A stretch of 44,770 nucleotides of DNA from Spirogloea muscicola. Its lineage: Eukaryota. Positions 1 to 10,199 of this stretch are shown piece after piece. Under the pieces are notes generated by a model. It saw only the letters and a program-made list of their open reading frames with translations, searched no databases and was not told the origin of the DNA. A program made the translations under genes and the position numbers. Position 1 is the stretch's first letter; each line of letters opens with the position of its first letter. The DNA lies in assembly GCA_009602725.1 (NCBI GenBank), contig WELB01000018.1, forward strand, positions 124,984 to 169,753, read 5' to 3'.

Positions 1-280
1 GTCAATGGCCCGTGCGCTGCACCTGCGTGCCGGCCGAGCCCTCGCTGCTGCCTCTGGCTCTGGCCAGGGGACATACTTCCAGGAGCATAGTCTCTCTGAC
101 CTGCGACTGCTTAGCAGGGGTTACTGAGTGATTAGTAGCTGCTTTGTTTCTTCTTGTGTGCTTGTCTTTCTTAGTGCTTCACCTAAGTGCTTCGATTAGC
201 CCCTTTCTTGAACTGTGTTCATTCTTTTTCTTGGGCTGGCTGTTCCAGCCCATATCCTCAATGGGCGAGCCCTTTCTTCT
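1..280 (+). mobile_element. 3' end of CRE-like (RLE) non-LTR retrotransposon; runs off the window start
   Basis: Frame from base 2 reads SMARALHLRAGRALAAASGSGQGTYFQEHSLSDLRLLSRGY* (TGA 125-127), the same C-terminus as the copies at 348-632, 17761-17943 and 19433-19565. The 3'UTR has the hairpin gggctgg-ctgtt-ccagccc (233-251) and ends ctttcttct at 280. Confidence 0.8.
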
Positions 281-672
281 AAGAGCGTTGAGCAGCTACA
301 AAGGGGCCTGCGGATGCGATGGGGAAAACAGGGGGAGGATGGATCACTCAGTAATTACGAGTGAGGAGCCTCAGATCCGACAGACTAGCTGCCGGGAAGC
401 TATCACCCTGACGAAAGCCAGAGGCCGCAGCAAGAGCACGGCCAGCACGCAGATGCAGAGCGTGGGCCATGGACCGCTGGAGGGACACTGACAATCTCAT
501 CCGATATACCTGAGCCCATGAACCAGCTGCATCAAAGTCAGCCGGTTCGCCGCGCCGGCGGGATACAGCACGCCGCGCGAGCCTGGCCAGTAGGTCGAGC
601 CACTGGGACCCGAGAGCCCCGTGCACGTCCACTGCCAGGGGAATGAAGTCATCTGCAGCCGGGTGGTCGGCG
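281..672 (-). mobile_element. 5'-truncated CRE-like retrotransposon fragment (RLE C-terminus plus part of 3'UTR)
   Basis: Minus frame ADHPAADDFIPLAVDVHGALG...YRMRLSVSLQRSMAHALHLRAGRALAAASG...TRNY* matches the F.P.A.(E/D)..G and S..LQR..A motifs at the end of CRE-clade RLE domains. Its 3'UTR (281-347) aligns with 13357-13420 and is cut off by the copy at 1-280. Confidence 0.8.
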
Positions 673-890
673 ACACGGGGTTATTGAGGGCGCCCTGTCT
701 GCCTAGCTTTTGGCTCCGTCATGAACACCTGTATGCATCTGGCTGGCATTTCACAGCCGATTCTTTCATATCAGCGGCCGCTTTCTCTGCCTAGCCTGTG
801 GCTCAGCTAGTGTACTCACGACCACCCTCGGTATGCACCTGTCTGGCATTTACAGCCGCTCTTTCAATAACAGCAGCCGCATTTCTCTTT
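673..890 (+). mobile_element. Short retrocopy: last four codons (TRGY*) plus 3'UTR, followed by a diverged tandem repeat of the 3'UTR
   Basis: 673-784 is nearly identical to 17929-18040 (aca cgg ggt tat tga gggcgccctgtctgcctagc...cagcggccgcttt). 787-890 repeats ctgcctagcct...ctggcatttacagccg...cagcagccgcatttctcttt. Confidence 0.8.
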
Positions 891-949
891 GCCGAGTAAG
901 TGAGCTTTCCAAAGAGAACAGCGCGTCAAGATAGACAGCAGTGGCTGTG

Positions 950-1171
950 AGATGAAGTGGCTCTCCCAATGGGGGCAAGGGCTGTGAGAAGCCAGCCCGA
1001 AGGAGTGGACAAGATCTGAGAGGGACGGAAGGCGCAAAGAGCAGGATACTAGTCCTATCAAAGGGGGCTTGGGCTGTGAATGGCCCCCCCAGAAAGAATG
1101 AATGAGGCCGAAAGGCGCCAAAAGACACATCTATGCAAAAGACTACAGAAGATGGAAGCTCAGTAACCCGT
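950..1171 (-). mobile_element. Short retrocopy: GY* plus 3'UTR, same family
   Basis: Reverse complement begins acgggttactgagcttcc (compare ggtactgagcttcc at 9733) and ends gggctggcttctcacagccc...ccattgggagagccacttcatct, matching 13466-13513. A second degenerate hairpin unit lies at ~1062-1100. Confidence 0.7.
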
Positions 1172-1661
1172 CTCGTACAGTTGTCGGGCCAGATGGGCCC
1201 ATCCCTTGCTGCGGCAGCGGCGCCAAGCCACCAGGCCGTGCTCGCGTCTAACGCTCAGGCCCTCCGTCACTCACTACACATCTTGACAAGCCCAGGTTGG
1301 AGCTGCGTTCGCCTCCGGCTCAGCGCCCATCGCACCCGACGAGTGCACGCAGCTAGGACCGCACCTCCCACATCTGCCCGAGAAGGCTTGCGACCCACTT
1401 GCTAGGCAGCAGCAGAGCTGTGTCTCTCTCGGCGTTGGTCGGACTCCGGAGTCTGGCTCAGGCCTACAGCGCTGCAGCCGCAGCGACACGGACCGTTGAG
1501 GGAATGCAGATACTGGCACCGTGGACTTGAGCCACGGCCTTCCCACATATGGCGCCAATCCTCCACCCCTCCTACTGGAGACCTCTTGCTTCTGGAAGAT
1601 GTCGGGGTGATGCTCAGATGTGGGAGCAACTGTTGCTCAAGGCCGGGCTAGCACACTGTTG

Positions 1662-4600
1662 TCATGCAATGTCCTCAGCCAAGGCTACCGTAGCCACCCC
1701 ATCGTGCTTCACCACGACGTCCACAAGGTCAAAGGTCTCCGTCAGCTCGTTGTCAGCCTGAGATACAATCAGCGTAGTTGCTTGTGCCAATCCGCGCAGA
1801 ATGCTGACCATCCGCCTTTTGCCCTCAGCATCCAGGTGCTGCAGATCAGATACATCTGCTGGTTAATGTGTCCTCAAGCAAATCAACTTCCACTGGTGAA
1901 CAACCTAAAGACCAGGCACTTATTTGGAAGGCGACCTTAGCATGACCTTAGACGAACTCTTGATTTCTTCGAGTGATATTAATTCTCTCTATACCCATGA
2001 CTAGCCAGTCTGTTTCACGAATGCCTTCTCAGTGGTACATCATGAGCTTTATGAAGAGCATTCACTGTCACTTGGTTTGCGGCAGGCAAGCTCCTAGCCC
2101 AAGACATCAGGAAGAGCAGGTTGCAGTGCTTCACCTGTAACACTTCGTCCAGTACCATGAGGTCAAAGTGCGTCCCACTCTTGTCGGAAGCAAGCTCAGC
2201 AAAGGCCAATGTATATGCCAGACCCTACATACTCAGCATTGTGTGAGGCGCATCAGAGAGAGGGTACTGCTTACATAGTACTGCTGATCATCATTAGCTA
2301 ATGGGAAGCTGCCGTGACGAACGGACAGCAAAGTTCAGCTTCCAGGTGTTGGCTAGGTGCCAGACGCCTTGCCTTTCTCATCAATTAGCGTCTCTAGGAC
2401 ATACAGCAACTTTAGGACATACTCGTCACATGTCGACAACAATAGACAGGCATGGTTGTATTGCAACTGACCACGCGGCGACGCTCTCCCCCACTCAGCT
2501 GACGAAGAGATCGCTCCACAACTCTGCCATCTGAATGCCTGACTACTGCCACCTTCTCAATCCTTTCCAACGTCTTAGTAGAACCTTTGGCCTGCTTGGT
2601 AGGCCTCAAGATCAGGCCCAGACTTCCACCAGAAAGGATGTCAAGGTACCAGCCTAGCCTATCCTGGAGCAGTGACAGTGCCCCCTCTAAGACATATCCC
2701 TGCACGCTCCAAAGAGTGGAGTGATTTGCCAGGAGGTGGATGAAATCATGCACCGCATGTACGTGAGAACGAGGGCATGCCACCACCTCTCCTGCACTCA
2801 TGTCCAACTCTTGCATTGCAGGAAAGAGGTTGTAGAAGTGAAGGTTATCTACCAGGGGCTCACACCCTAAGCAACCGAGAATTTCTGGCACCTATGCTAT
2901 CAGCTGGAGATGAGCCCTACAAAGGTCCTACTCAGAAATTTCACTCACCTGCACTCCATTGTGTCCAAAGGAGGTGTCGGCTTCTCTCAACCACTCAGCA
3001 CGTTGTTGTGCATCTTTCAGGTCAGAAAGTGCTGACCTCTTGTCATCCTCCGATTTGGCAAGCAAATCTTGCAATAACTCCTTCTCACTCCTGTGGGGGT
3101 TGGGACCAGCCTCCAATGCCAGCCTCTCAACTTCCTCCCTCTTCCTTTGCTCAATCAGGGCCTTAGCAACTCGCACTGCCTTTTGCAAGTTGTTCATGCT
3201 CTCGTCAAGCTGCCTAGTGCTCTTGAATTGGCTGAGGGTGTGACCTGCCTGGTGGGCTTGCTCTAGAGGGAGCTGCACCTCTCGTGGAGTGTGATTGCGC
3301 ACGAGCGTTTTAATGTGTTCTGCAAGTTCCACAGATACTTGTTGACCCTCTGCTATGAGCTGATGAGCAGAGGATAGCGAACCCCTCAGTCTCTGAAGCT
3401 GCTCAACAAAAAGCGAAACAAAATATAACTGCTGTGTCAGCAGTGAGACCACTGTGATGTCCTTGCAGCAGGCAAGCTTAGTGTGGCTTGTCAACCTGTC
3501 CCATCAGGTAGAGCATGGATAGGAAATAGCAACAATGAGATAGACAGACCTCAGCTCTCTGCAACTTCAGCTTCTGGGTGCGACTAGCTTCAGCTGCCCT
3601 ACTTCTGTCTTTGGCATGTGTGTGACTTTGATTTCAGCTGTGCGAAGACCTTCCAGTGCCATGGAAGCATCCTGCAAGGCACTCATTGAAGGCCAGACCT
3701 GTCAAAGCCTCGATCACTAGCAATTTCCAATGAAGCCCCAGGGGTGATGCACAGTTTAAGCTGCCAGCATTCATCAGGAAGCAGGGGAACAACTCCTGAA
3801 CCACCAGTTACACACACTGCAGCAACTCATGCCCCGACAGCAAAGATTAGAGAGTCATATTGAAGAGGCAAGAGAAACCAGGAGCCAAAGATTGACCTGC
3901 TCGCACATCTCCAACTGCACTCTTGCATCATCCCATTGCTTCTGCAGGTGCGCTTCATGTTGTAGTAGATGTTCCTCGCTTACTGGTTGCTTACAGAGCT
4001 GACAAACTTGAACACTGGCTGTACTCTTTGAGAAGTCGTCCAGGGCATTTCTGCACTCCTCGAAGAACCTTGCCTGCACTTTGACCTGTATGTGGGCATT
4101 GCAAATACCATCAGCTGCCTTTCTGCTAGCAGCACCACCATAGAAAGTACATGATACGTAAGTAGCATTGCAATTGAGATTGCCACCAAAGACCTTGAAC
4201 AAACAGGCAGGTTGAGTAGCTGATTACTGCAAGCGGATATCATGTACAGATTCTGCTGCATTAGAGGTCAAAGGCGTACCGAGGCATCCTTTTCCCAGAA
4301 CAAGCCTCTCCAAGAATCTAACTCTGCTGTCATTGCTAACAAGCTTGAAGGACCTTCATCTTCCTTCTCACACTCTTCCTCAAGTTCGACACGAGCAACT
4401 TCAAGAGCCTGCTCTTCATCTTCGAGCCGTGTCAAAGTGTCCTGTCCACCAGCTGAGAAAGGTTCACAGTCTTGACAAGACCGCTTGACAAGACCTCTGC
4501 ATCTCAAGCATAGTGAACGGGCTCATCTCAAGGTTGCCCGGCCATCCACACCTGCAGGTCGTTTCTGCACGCTGTGCACTTGGTGGCAGCCGCTTCGAGG

Positions 4601-7600
4601 TCCGCAAGTGCAACAGAGCCTCTATTGGCTGCTGCAGCGACCTTCGCACTCCTGAAGGAATCAGCAACTTGACAGACTTCAGCCAATATGAAGACAACCT
4701 CTGATCAGCGACAGCATTGCTCGTCTCTTTACCTGACACAGGTACAAAATGTACAATTAAGTTGATCATATACTTTCACTGCGAGCTGACGAAGTGCAAA
4801 CTTGCCATCTACTCAGAACGTTGGTTGCAGAAGCTAAAGGTTGTGAGGAACCAACCGAGCCTCCTCCCACAGCCTCTCTTTTAAGTCAATCTGCTCAATC
4901 TGCACAGCACCTTTCTTTGTCAATCTACTCATTTCCCAAGGAGTAGCATGGGCTGGGAACATGGAGACTGGTGCAGCTACGTGTGGGCAGTACGGATATA
5001 CCTGGATCTGTAGTCTTGAGATCTGACGGGCAGCTTGCTGTGCAGCCCCCTCAAGCTGCTCAATGCGTGAGCGAGCATCTTTGAGAGTTTCCTTGCTGGC
5101 TTCCTTTGCTGCCACCCAGACGTCTATGTTCACCAACCTGCTAAGCTCCTCCTGCTTTCAGCGAGTCAAACAGCTCATTGACAGGCAGTTGAGCACATGT
5201 GGACCCTGCAAGGGATTCCAGCTACTCATTGCAGCAATCATGGGTAGACAAACAAGGATGAGGGCCAACAAGGTGTGACACAAGACGTACATTTGCAGGT
5301 GCTATGAAGCTCTGATGGAGGCAGACAAGTGGCAAATCTGATAACCTCGATTACTGACCTTGAACTCCTTATCAGTTGATTCAAGCAGGCCTGCAGCTTC
5401 ATGCTGCCCGTGGAACACAGTTTGATGCAGCACGGAAGTGTCTCTGCAGAATCAAGCCTCAGACTGATTGACAACATTGTGGTGGACACAACAGGTGTGG
5501 CTCAACTAGTGCAACCACAGCAATGTTTGTTGATGTTGGCAACATTGCTCATCACAGTATCATCATCCACAGCATTTGCAAGCACGCAGTGGATCAAGGG
5601 AGCATGATGTTGTATTGAGACAAAGGGTTCAAGTGCAGAGTGCTTCTCAAATCAGGTCATCAATACATTGCTGTGTGAGACGCATATCTTGACAGGTTCT
5701 CTCCTCCGCGTCCAACACGAACCGCAGCATAGACTTCCTGGCCGCTAGAACACAAAATGTCAGAAGTTGCTATACAGAAGTCAGCTATTGATTCAAGGTA
5801 GTGCTACTTCTCAGATGACGGGCAGAGGAGCCACTGTTTGCTGCTACATTCGTTGCAGTACCTGCCAGCCTGTCGCTCAACTGTGAATGGGCTGCCGTTG
5901 ACGACGCCCTCTACACGCACTCTGGCATGGGCGCTGGATTGGTGGACTACTTCTGACGTTGACAACCCCCTAATAGAATCTGGTCGAGTGTCAGTGGAAC
6001 CTGAAAGGCCAAGAAGAGCGAGTCATCCAAAGTAACAAACCAAAGTGTCCATACATTGTCACCATGCTGGCAAAGACAGCCGATGACTATGTAGCGAGCA
6101 AGTCATAAGTGCACGAAAGAAGGTGACAAAAGATGTTGCAAACAAGTGTTGCACGTGAAGGATTCTAGGAGTACCTGTAAGTGCCCAAAGGGGGGCCATT
6201 ACCAGATACGTCTTCCCGGCTCCATTGCTGCTTGAGCCACTGGTGTCTTTGTTCATGCCAGTAACAATCCTGACACCCCTGTTGGACAGCGGATACCTCA
6301 CGACACCCTTGAAGGGGCCAAATCCTTCCAGCTCGACCATGTCAAGCCTTACATGTGCTGACAACAATGAACATCGCATGCACACAATTTTATCAGCACA
6401 GTGCCTGTAAAGCCATGGCCAAAGGCATTACTCTCAGATGTCTCTTGGAAGTACCGATACTATGCATCTGCGGAGCTGGCTCACTGCTTTCTCTTAGCAT
6501 TCTTGCGTAGATTAAGATAGGTCTGGACGAAGGCCTATGATAGCTCACATTGGGGTCTTTGCAGGAGCCTACTGGGGACGTTGAGGCTCTTCAGAATGTC
6601 GAGCCCAGCTTTTGTGGCCCCTTTACTCAGATTGATATGGTCAGCATAAGCTGAAAATAAAGCAAATGCATCCTGGGCCAGATCCCAATATTATGCAGGT
6701 TAGCTACAGAGCTGGGAGGATATGAGCTACTTAAGGAGGCAGCAAGTCAGGGTCTAGTCTTTGCTCAGCTACAGGTGCAATTAGTTACATACAGATGTGC
6801 AAGCAGAGGGCTAACCAAGTCCTCAGCATCAGCTATACGAGGGTTTGATGCCACAATTGAACGAACAAGCTCAACTTCCAAGCCCTTTTCCCGCAGTATT
6901 TCCTGCAGACCAAGTTTTGTTTGTCAACCAAGCTGCTCAATTGCCTGACTTGTGTATGTTCAGCACACTAAGGATCAGACCCTATGCGTAATTGCACCAA
7001 AACTGTCAACCTTCGGCAACACTGTCCATTCCAGTCTTACTGACAGGTTCTCATGAATTGGAGCGGAGTAAGCTATTCCACGCATTTATACAGCAACTGA
7101 TCAATTGTCGATCTCAGGAGCCCAAGTAAGCAAGAGGGGAAAGCAGACATGCCATCTCCAAATCCAGCATCTCCTGAGCCAAATCAGGTCGAAGAAACCA
7201 GCGCACACGGTCTCCTGTCCTTGCAGACTGCAGCACCTCTGATGGCAAGCGACCCTCTTTGGGTACTACAAAGTGGCGTGGCCCATAGTTCACAATGACA
7301 TCCTCTACTTTCTGCACAATGCATATTGTATGCAACTCTGCTTCAGGAAGAAATGGCATACAGGAAGACATTAACTTCCGGAACTCCCTTATGAATTCAC
7401 TGACATTCACCTTGTGAATCTCCTTACATGGCATCTTTGTTGTGCATAATAAGCTACCTATGCCCAGGACTCAAAGTCTGAAAAATTTCTACATGGCCAT
7501 CAAGCAGTACTTGGCACACACAGCAAATGCACAGTATAATCAGATTGGCACCTGCACAGGAAGAGCTGCACCTGCCAGGTCCTGTCAAGCACCATAAGTC

Positions 7601-9624
7601 GCTTCACTTGCCCAGCCTCGCTGGCCGAAATCTGGTAAGGTGATCCAACGTACTCAATTTGGGTCTGCTCAACTTTGTGAGGCTTGTGGTAGTGCCCAGT
7701 GTAGATGAGTAATTCTGGAGGAAAGAGCAAAGGATCAAAACCCTCCTTGGCCTGATAGTCCTCATTGATAGTTGCTCCAACCTGAATTTAAGGTTTCGCA
7801 CCACATCAGGAATGGAGGTATATGAGGAGCCGAAGGCAGCACTGTACAAAGATGAGGCACCGCTATGACAAACAAGCTGAGCAGGTATAAGATGAGGACA
7901 CTTGCACATGATGACATTTATCAGGATGCATGACAAGTGAGGTGCAAGTTCTCCCCTAACTGCAGCAATGGTCTTTTTGCTTTGTAGCTCAAGGCAATCT
8001 GCAGATGCTATGGGTGCTTGATAATTTCAAATCTTCGCAGTTGAGTGAGCTGCACACCACGTCAATGTGGCAAAGCACAGCCTTGACAGCTACTGTTGAG
8101 CTGGAAGAGACCCTTAGGCTGGCTTCAATCAAAGAGTGGTCTTTCCTGTAAGGCAGCCAGAGAGCTCCAAGGTACTCCGTGGGCTCTGAGATTACAAGTA
8201 TCTTCTCATTAGCTGCCTCAAGAGCTTCCAAGGCATGCACCTCACCACCCAAAGACACCTGCACTCACTCAGGGGGTTGTGATGTTCACGTACTGTGGCA
8301 TCACGTCTGACGTGCCTTTGATGTGGATACGCTTACCTTGCTGGCACATAGGTCTCACCATCCTGACCTTATGTTGCATTCACATCATGGCCTTTTTTAC
8401 ATATGACACTGAGACCTTGATTCACTCCCCAACATTACATTACTTTCAAAGACTGTGCTGCTAAAGGCTGGCCATTACGACACAGAAGGTCTGCATAGGT
8501 GGAACTTATGGCTTGGGCTTCAGAAGACAATGGATCGGGGCGATCAAGTGGAATAGCAAAGCAAACAAGCAAAGCAAACATAACCGCTGCAAGCAACTGG
8601 CGAGCCAACACTCGTGAAATTTAGGATTCATACTGAATTCAATGCAAGATACAAATTACAGAAGTAGCTTGACTCAGCATATGGGCTGCCTTGCATGATG
8701 GAGTCACCTGGTCATGATTGCCTGTGATGAAAATGGCAGGTTGAGTCCAGGACTGAAGCTCCTTCAAGGCAGCATTGAGCGGCTCCACCGGGAGTGCGCC
8801 TCTCGCGTGCCAAAAGTCCCCTAAGAAGATGATGCCAGCGTCTCTGTCATGTTCAAGCAGATAAAAGGATGCACGTCAGGGAAATGCAAGCTCTACGCGT
8901 GCTGAATTTCGGTGACTGGAAAATTATCAGTAAGCAGTAGATGGTAGTCCAAAGAGTCAGCATGTGCAGTGACCAAATGACCGTGTCTCTGAGGCCAGTG
9001 TGGTGGCACCTGGCAACTGCAGCGGCGTGGACGGCCTGCAGGACCTGGATGCATATCTCACACGTCCGTCGGCTGAGGTGGAGGTCCGAGAACACCACCC
9101 AGCGAGCGACGGTGGCCCATGGTGCACCGTCCGTGGCTGCCATTCTCTGGCGCCGATAACAGGAGCGGGCAAGTCACAAACATGCAGGCCCGCTCTGGAA
9201 TGAATCCTCTACTTGATGACTAGTAGAGCGTAAGCACTCGGGCTTGGTCACAGACGACACTACGATAAGAGGGCCAGAACGAGCGCCATGAGGTCGACCT
9301 TGACGATTGGCAGTGTGGTCAGCGGCTGCTGTGATGGAGGCGGCCGCGCGGCCTGCGCGGGCAGCAGCTCCGCAGGGCTGCCGACGACAGGCGCCGACGG
9401 CTTCTTGGCAGCCCTGCGCTTGCGCGTCTTCACGGGCTGCTCCTCAAGCGCCGCCGGCGCCAGGCCGGCAGCGGCGGCAGCGGCAGTGACAAACGTGCGC
9501 CGGCACGGGGCCCACGGTGGCGGCTCCGCCGGCGGTGGCGGTGGCGGGCGCTCGCGGCCGCCGCGGCCGCCAAAGGCGGCGGGGATGGGGCCCCAGAATG
9601 AAAGCCGTGCGGCAGCGGCGGCAT
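1662..9624 (-). CDS. Mre11/SbcD-type metallophosphoesterase fused to Rad50/SbcC-type ABC ATPase (multi-exon; possibly disabled)
   Basis: Exons in order on the minus strand: Ala/Pro/Arg-rich leader (~9624-9299), VFSDLH (9146-9011), FLGDFWH and ITGNHDQ (~8845-8709), LCHIDV (~8258-8058), YTGHYH (~7780-7572), Walker A SNGAGKT (~6357-6176), Q-loop VFHGQ (~5443-5359), coiled coils, Zn-hook CQLCKQ (~4010-3990), signature LSGGE (~2700-2473), Walker B MVLDE (~2225-2136), last exon HLD...IVSQ...* (1838-1662). No terminal stop or new start separates the nuclease and ATPase halves. Confidence 0.85.
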
Positions 9625-9731
9625 GGCGCGGCGGGGCCGGCGCTCGGCGCGGGCGCGGCTAAGGAAACGGTAGCCCACGAGCCACCGTTTAAGGCCCATC
9701 TGTTATTTCATTCCCAGGTCCCCTCTATCAA

Positions 9732-9877
9732 TGGTACTGAGCTTCCCTAGTATGTTGTCGTGATTGGTAGAGTAGAGGAGTCCTTCCTCGGCTTCTCATT
9801 CTTCGGCTTTGGGCATTGTCCATTCTTTTTGGGCTGGCTTTGCCAGCCCCTCTTTCTTTATGGGCGAGCCTTCTTCT
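9732..9877 (+). mobile_element. 146-bp retrocopy (stop codon plus 3'UTR) with 8-bp TSD
   Basis: tctatcaa at 9724-9731 and 9875-9882 flanks tggtactga...gggctggc-ttt-gccagccc (9831-9849)...tatgggcgagccttcttct. Confidence 0.75.
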
Positions 9878-10199
9878 ATCAAGCCGGCCTCTCCACGCTG
9901 GCCACAGGGAAATTCTTATTACTATCATCAGTAGCACCACTTATCGTTGTTTTGGGATCAGACGCCCACTCAGTCAGCACGGCCATTTGCAGCCTGTGCA
10001 CTGTCGGGAGGTATTGACGTTCGGGCGGCCGGAGAAGAAGCGGAGGCCGACGTCGCATGGCGCCAGTCACAGCAGCCACAGAGCCGCCCCGTGCGCAGCC
10101 TGCAGCACCAAGCCCCATGCCTTCCTATATTCTGAGATTCAGACTGTGGTGCCGCCTCCGTGACCGCCCGTGCGGCCAGCTATCATTGATAAGGAAGAG

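Noticed and set aside
215..280. 3' hairpin read as a Helitron end, hammerhead ribozyme or HDV-like ribozyme
   Set aside because: No CTRR terminus, and TSDs are present (Helitrons make none). I see no CUGANGA/GAAA core and cannot build a nested double pseudoknot by eye.
1175..1660. Short overlapping ORFs downstream of the fusion gene
   Set aside because: No recognisable motif or consistent splice pattern.
1662..9624. sbcDC as bacterial contamination or an operon
   Set aside because: The gene has many spliceosomal GT-AG introns and sits among plant-type genes.
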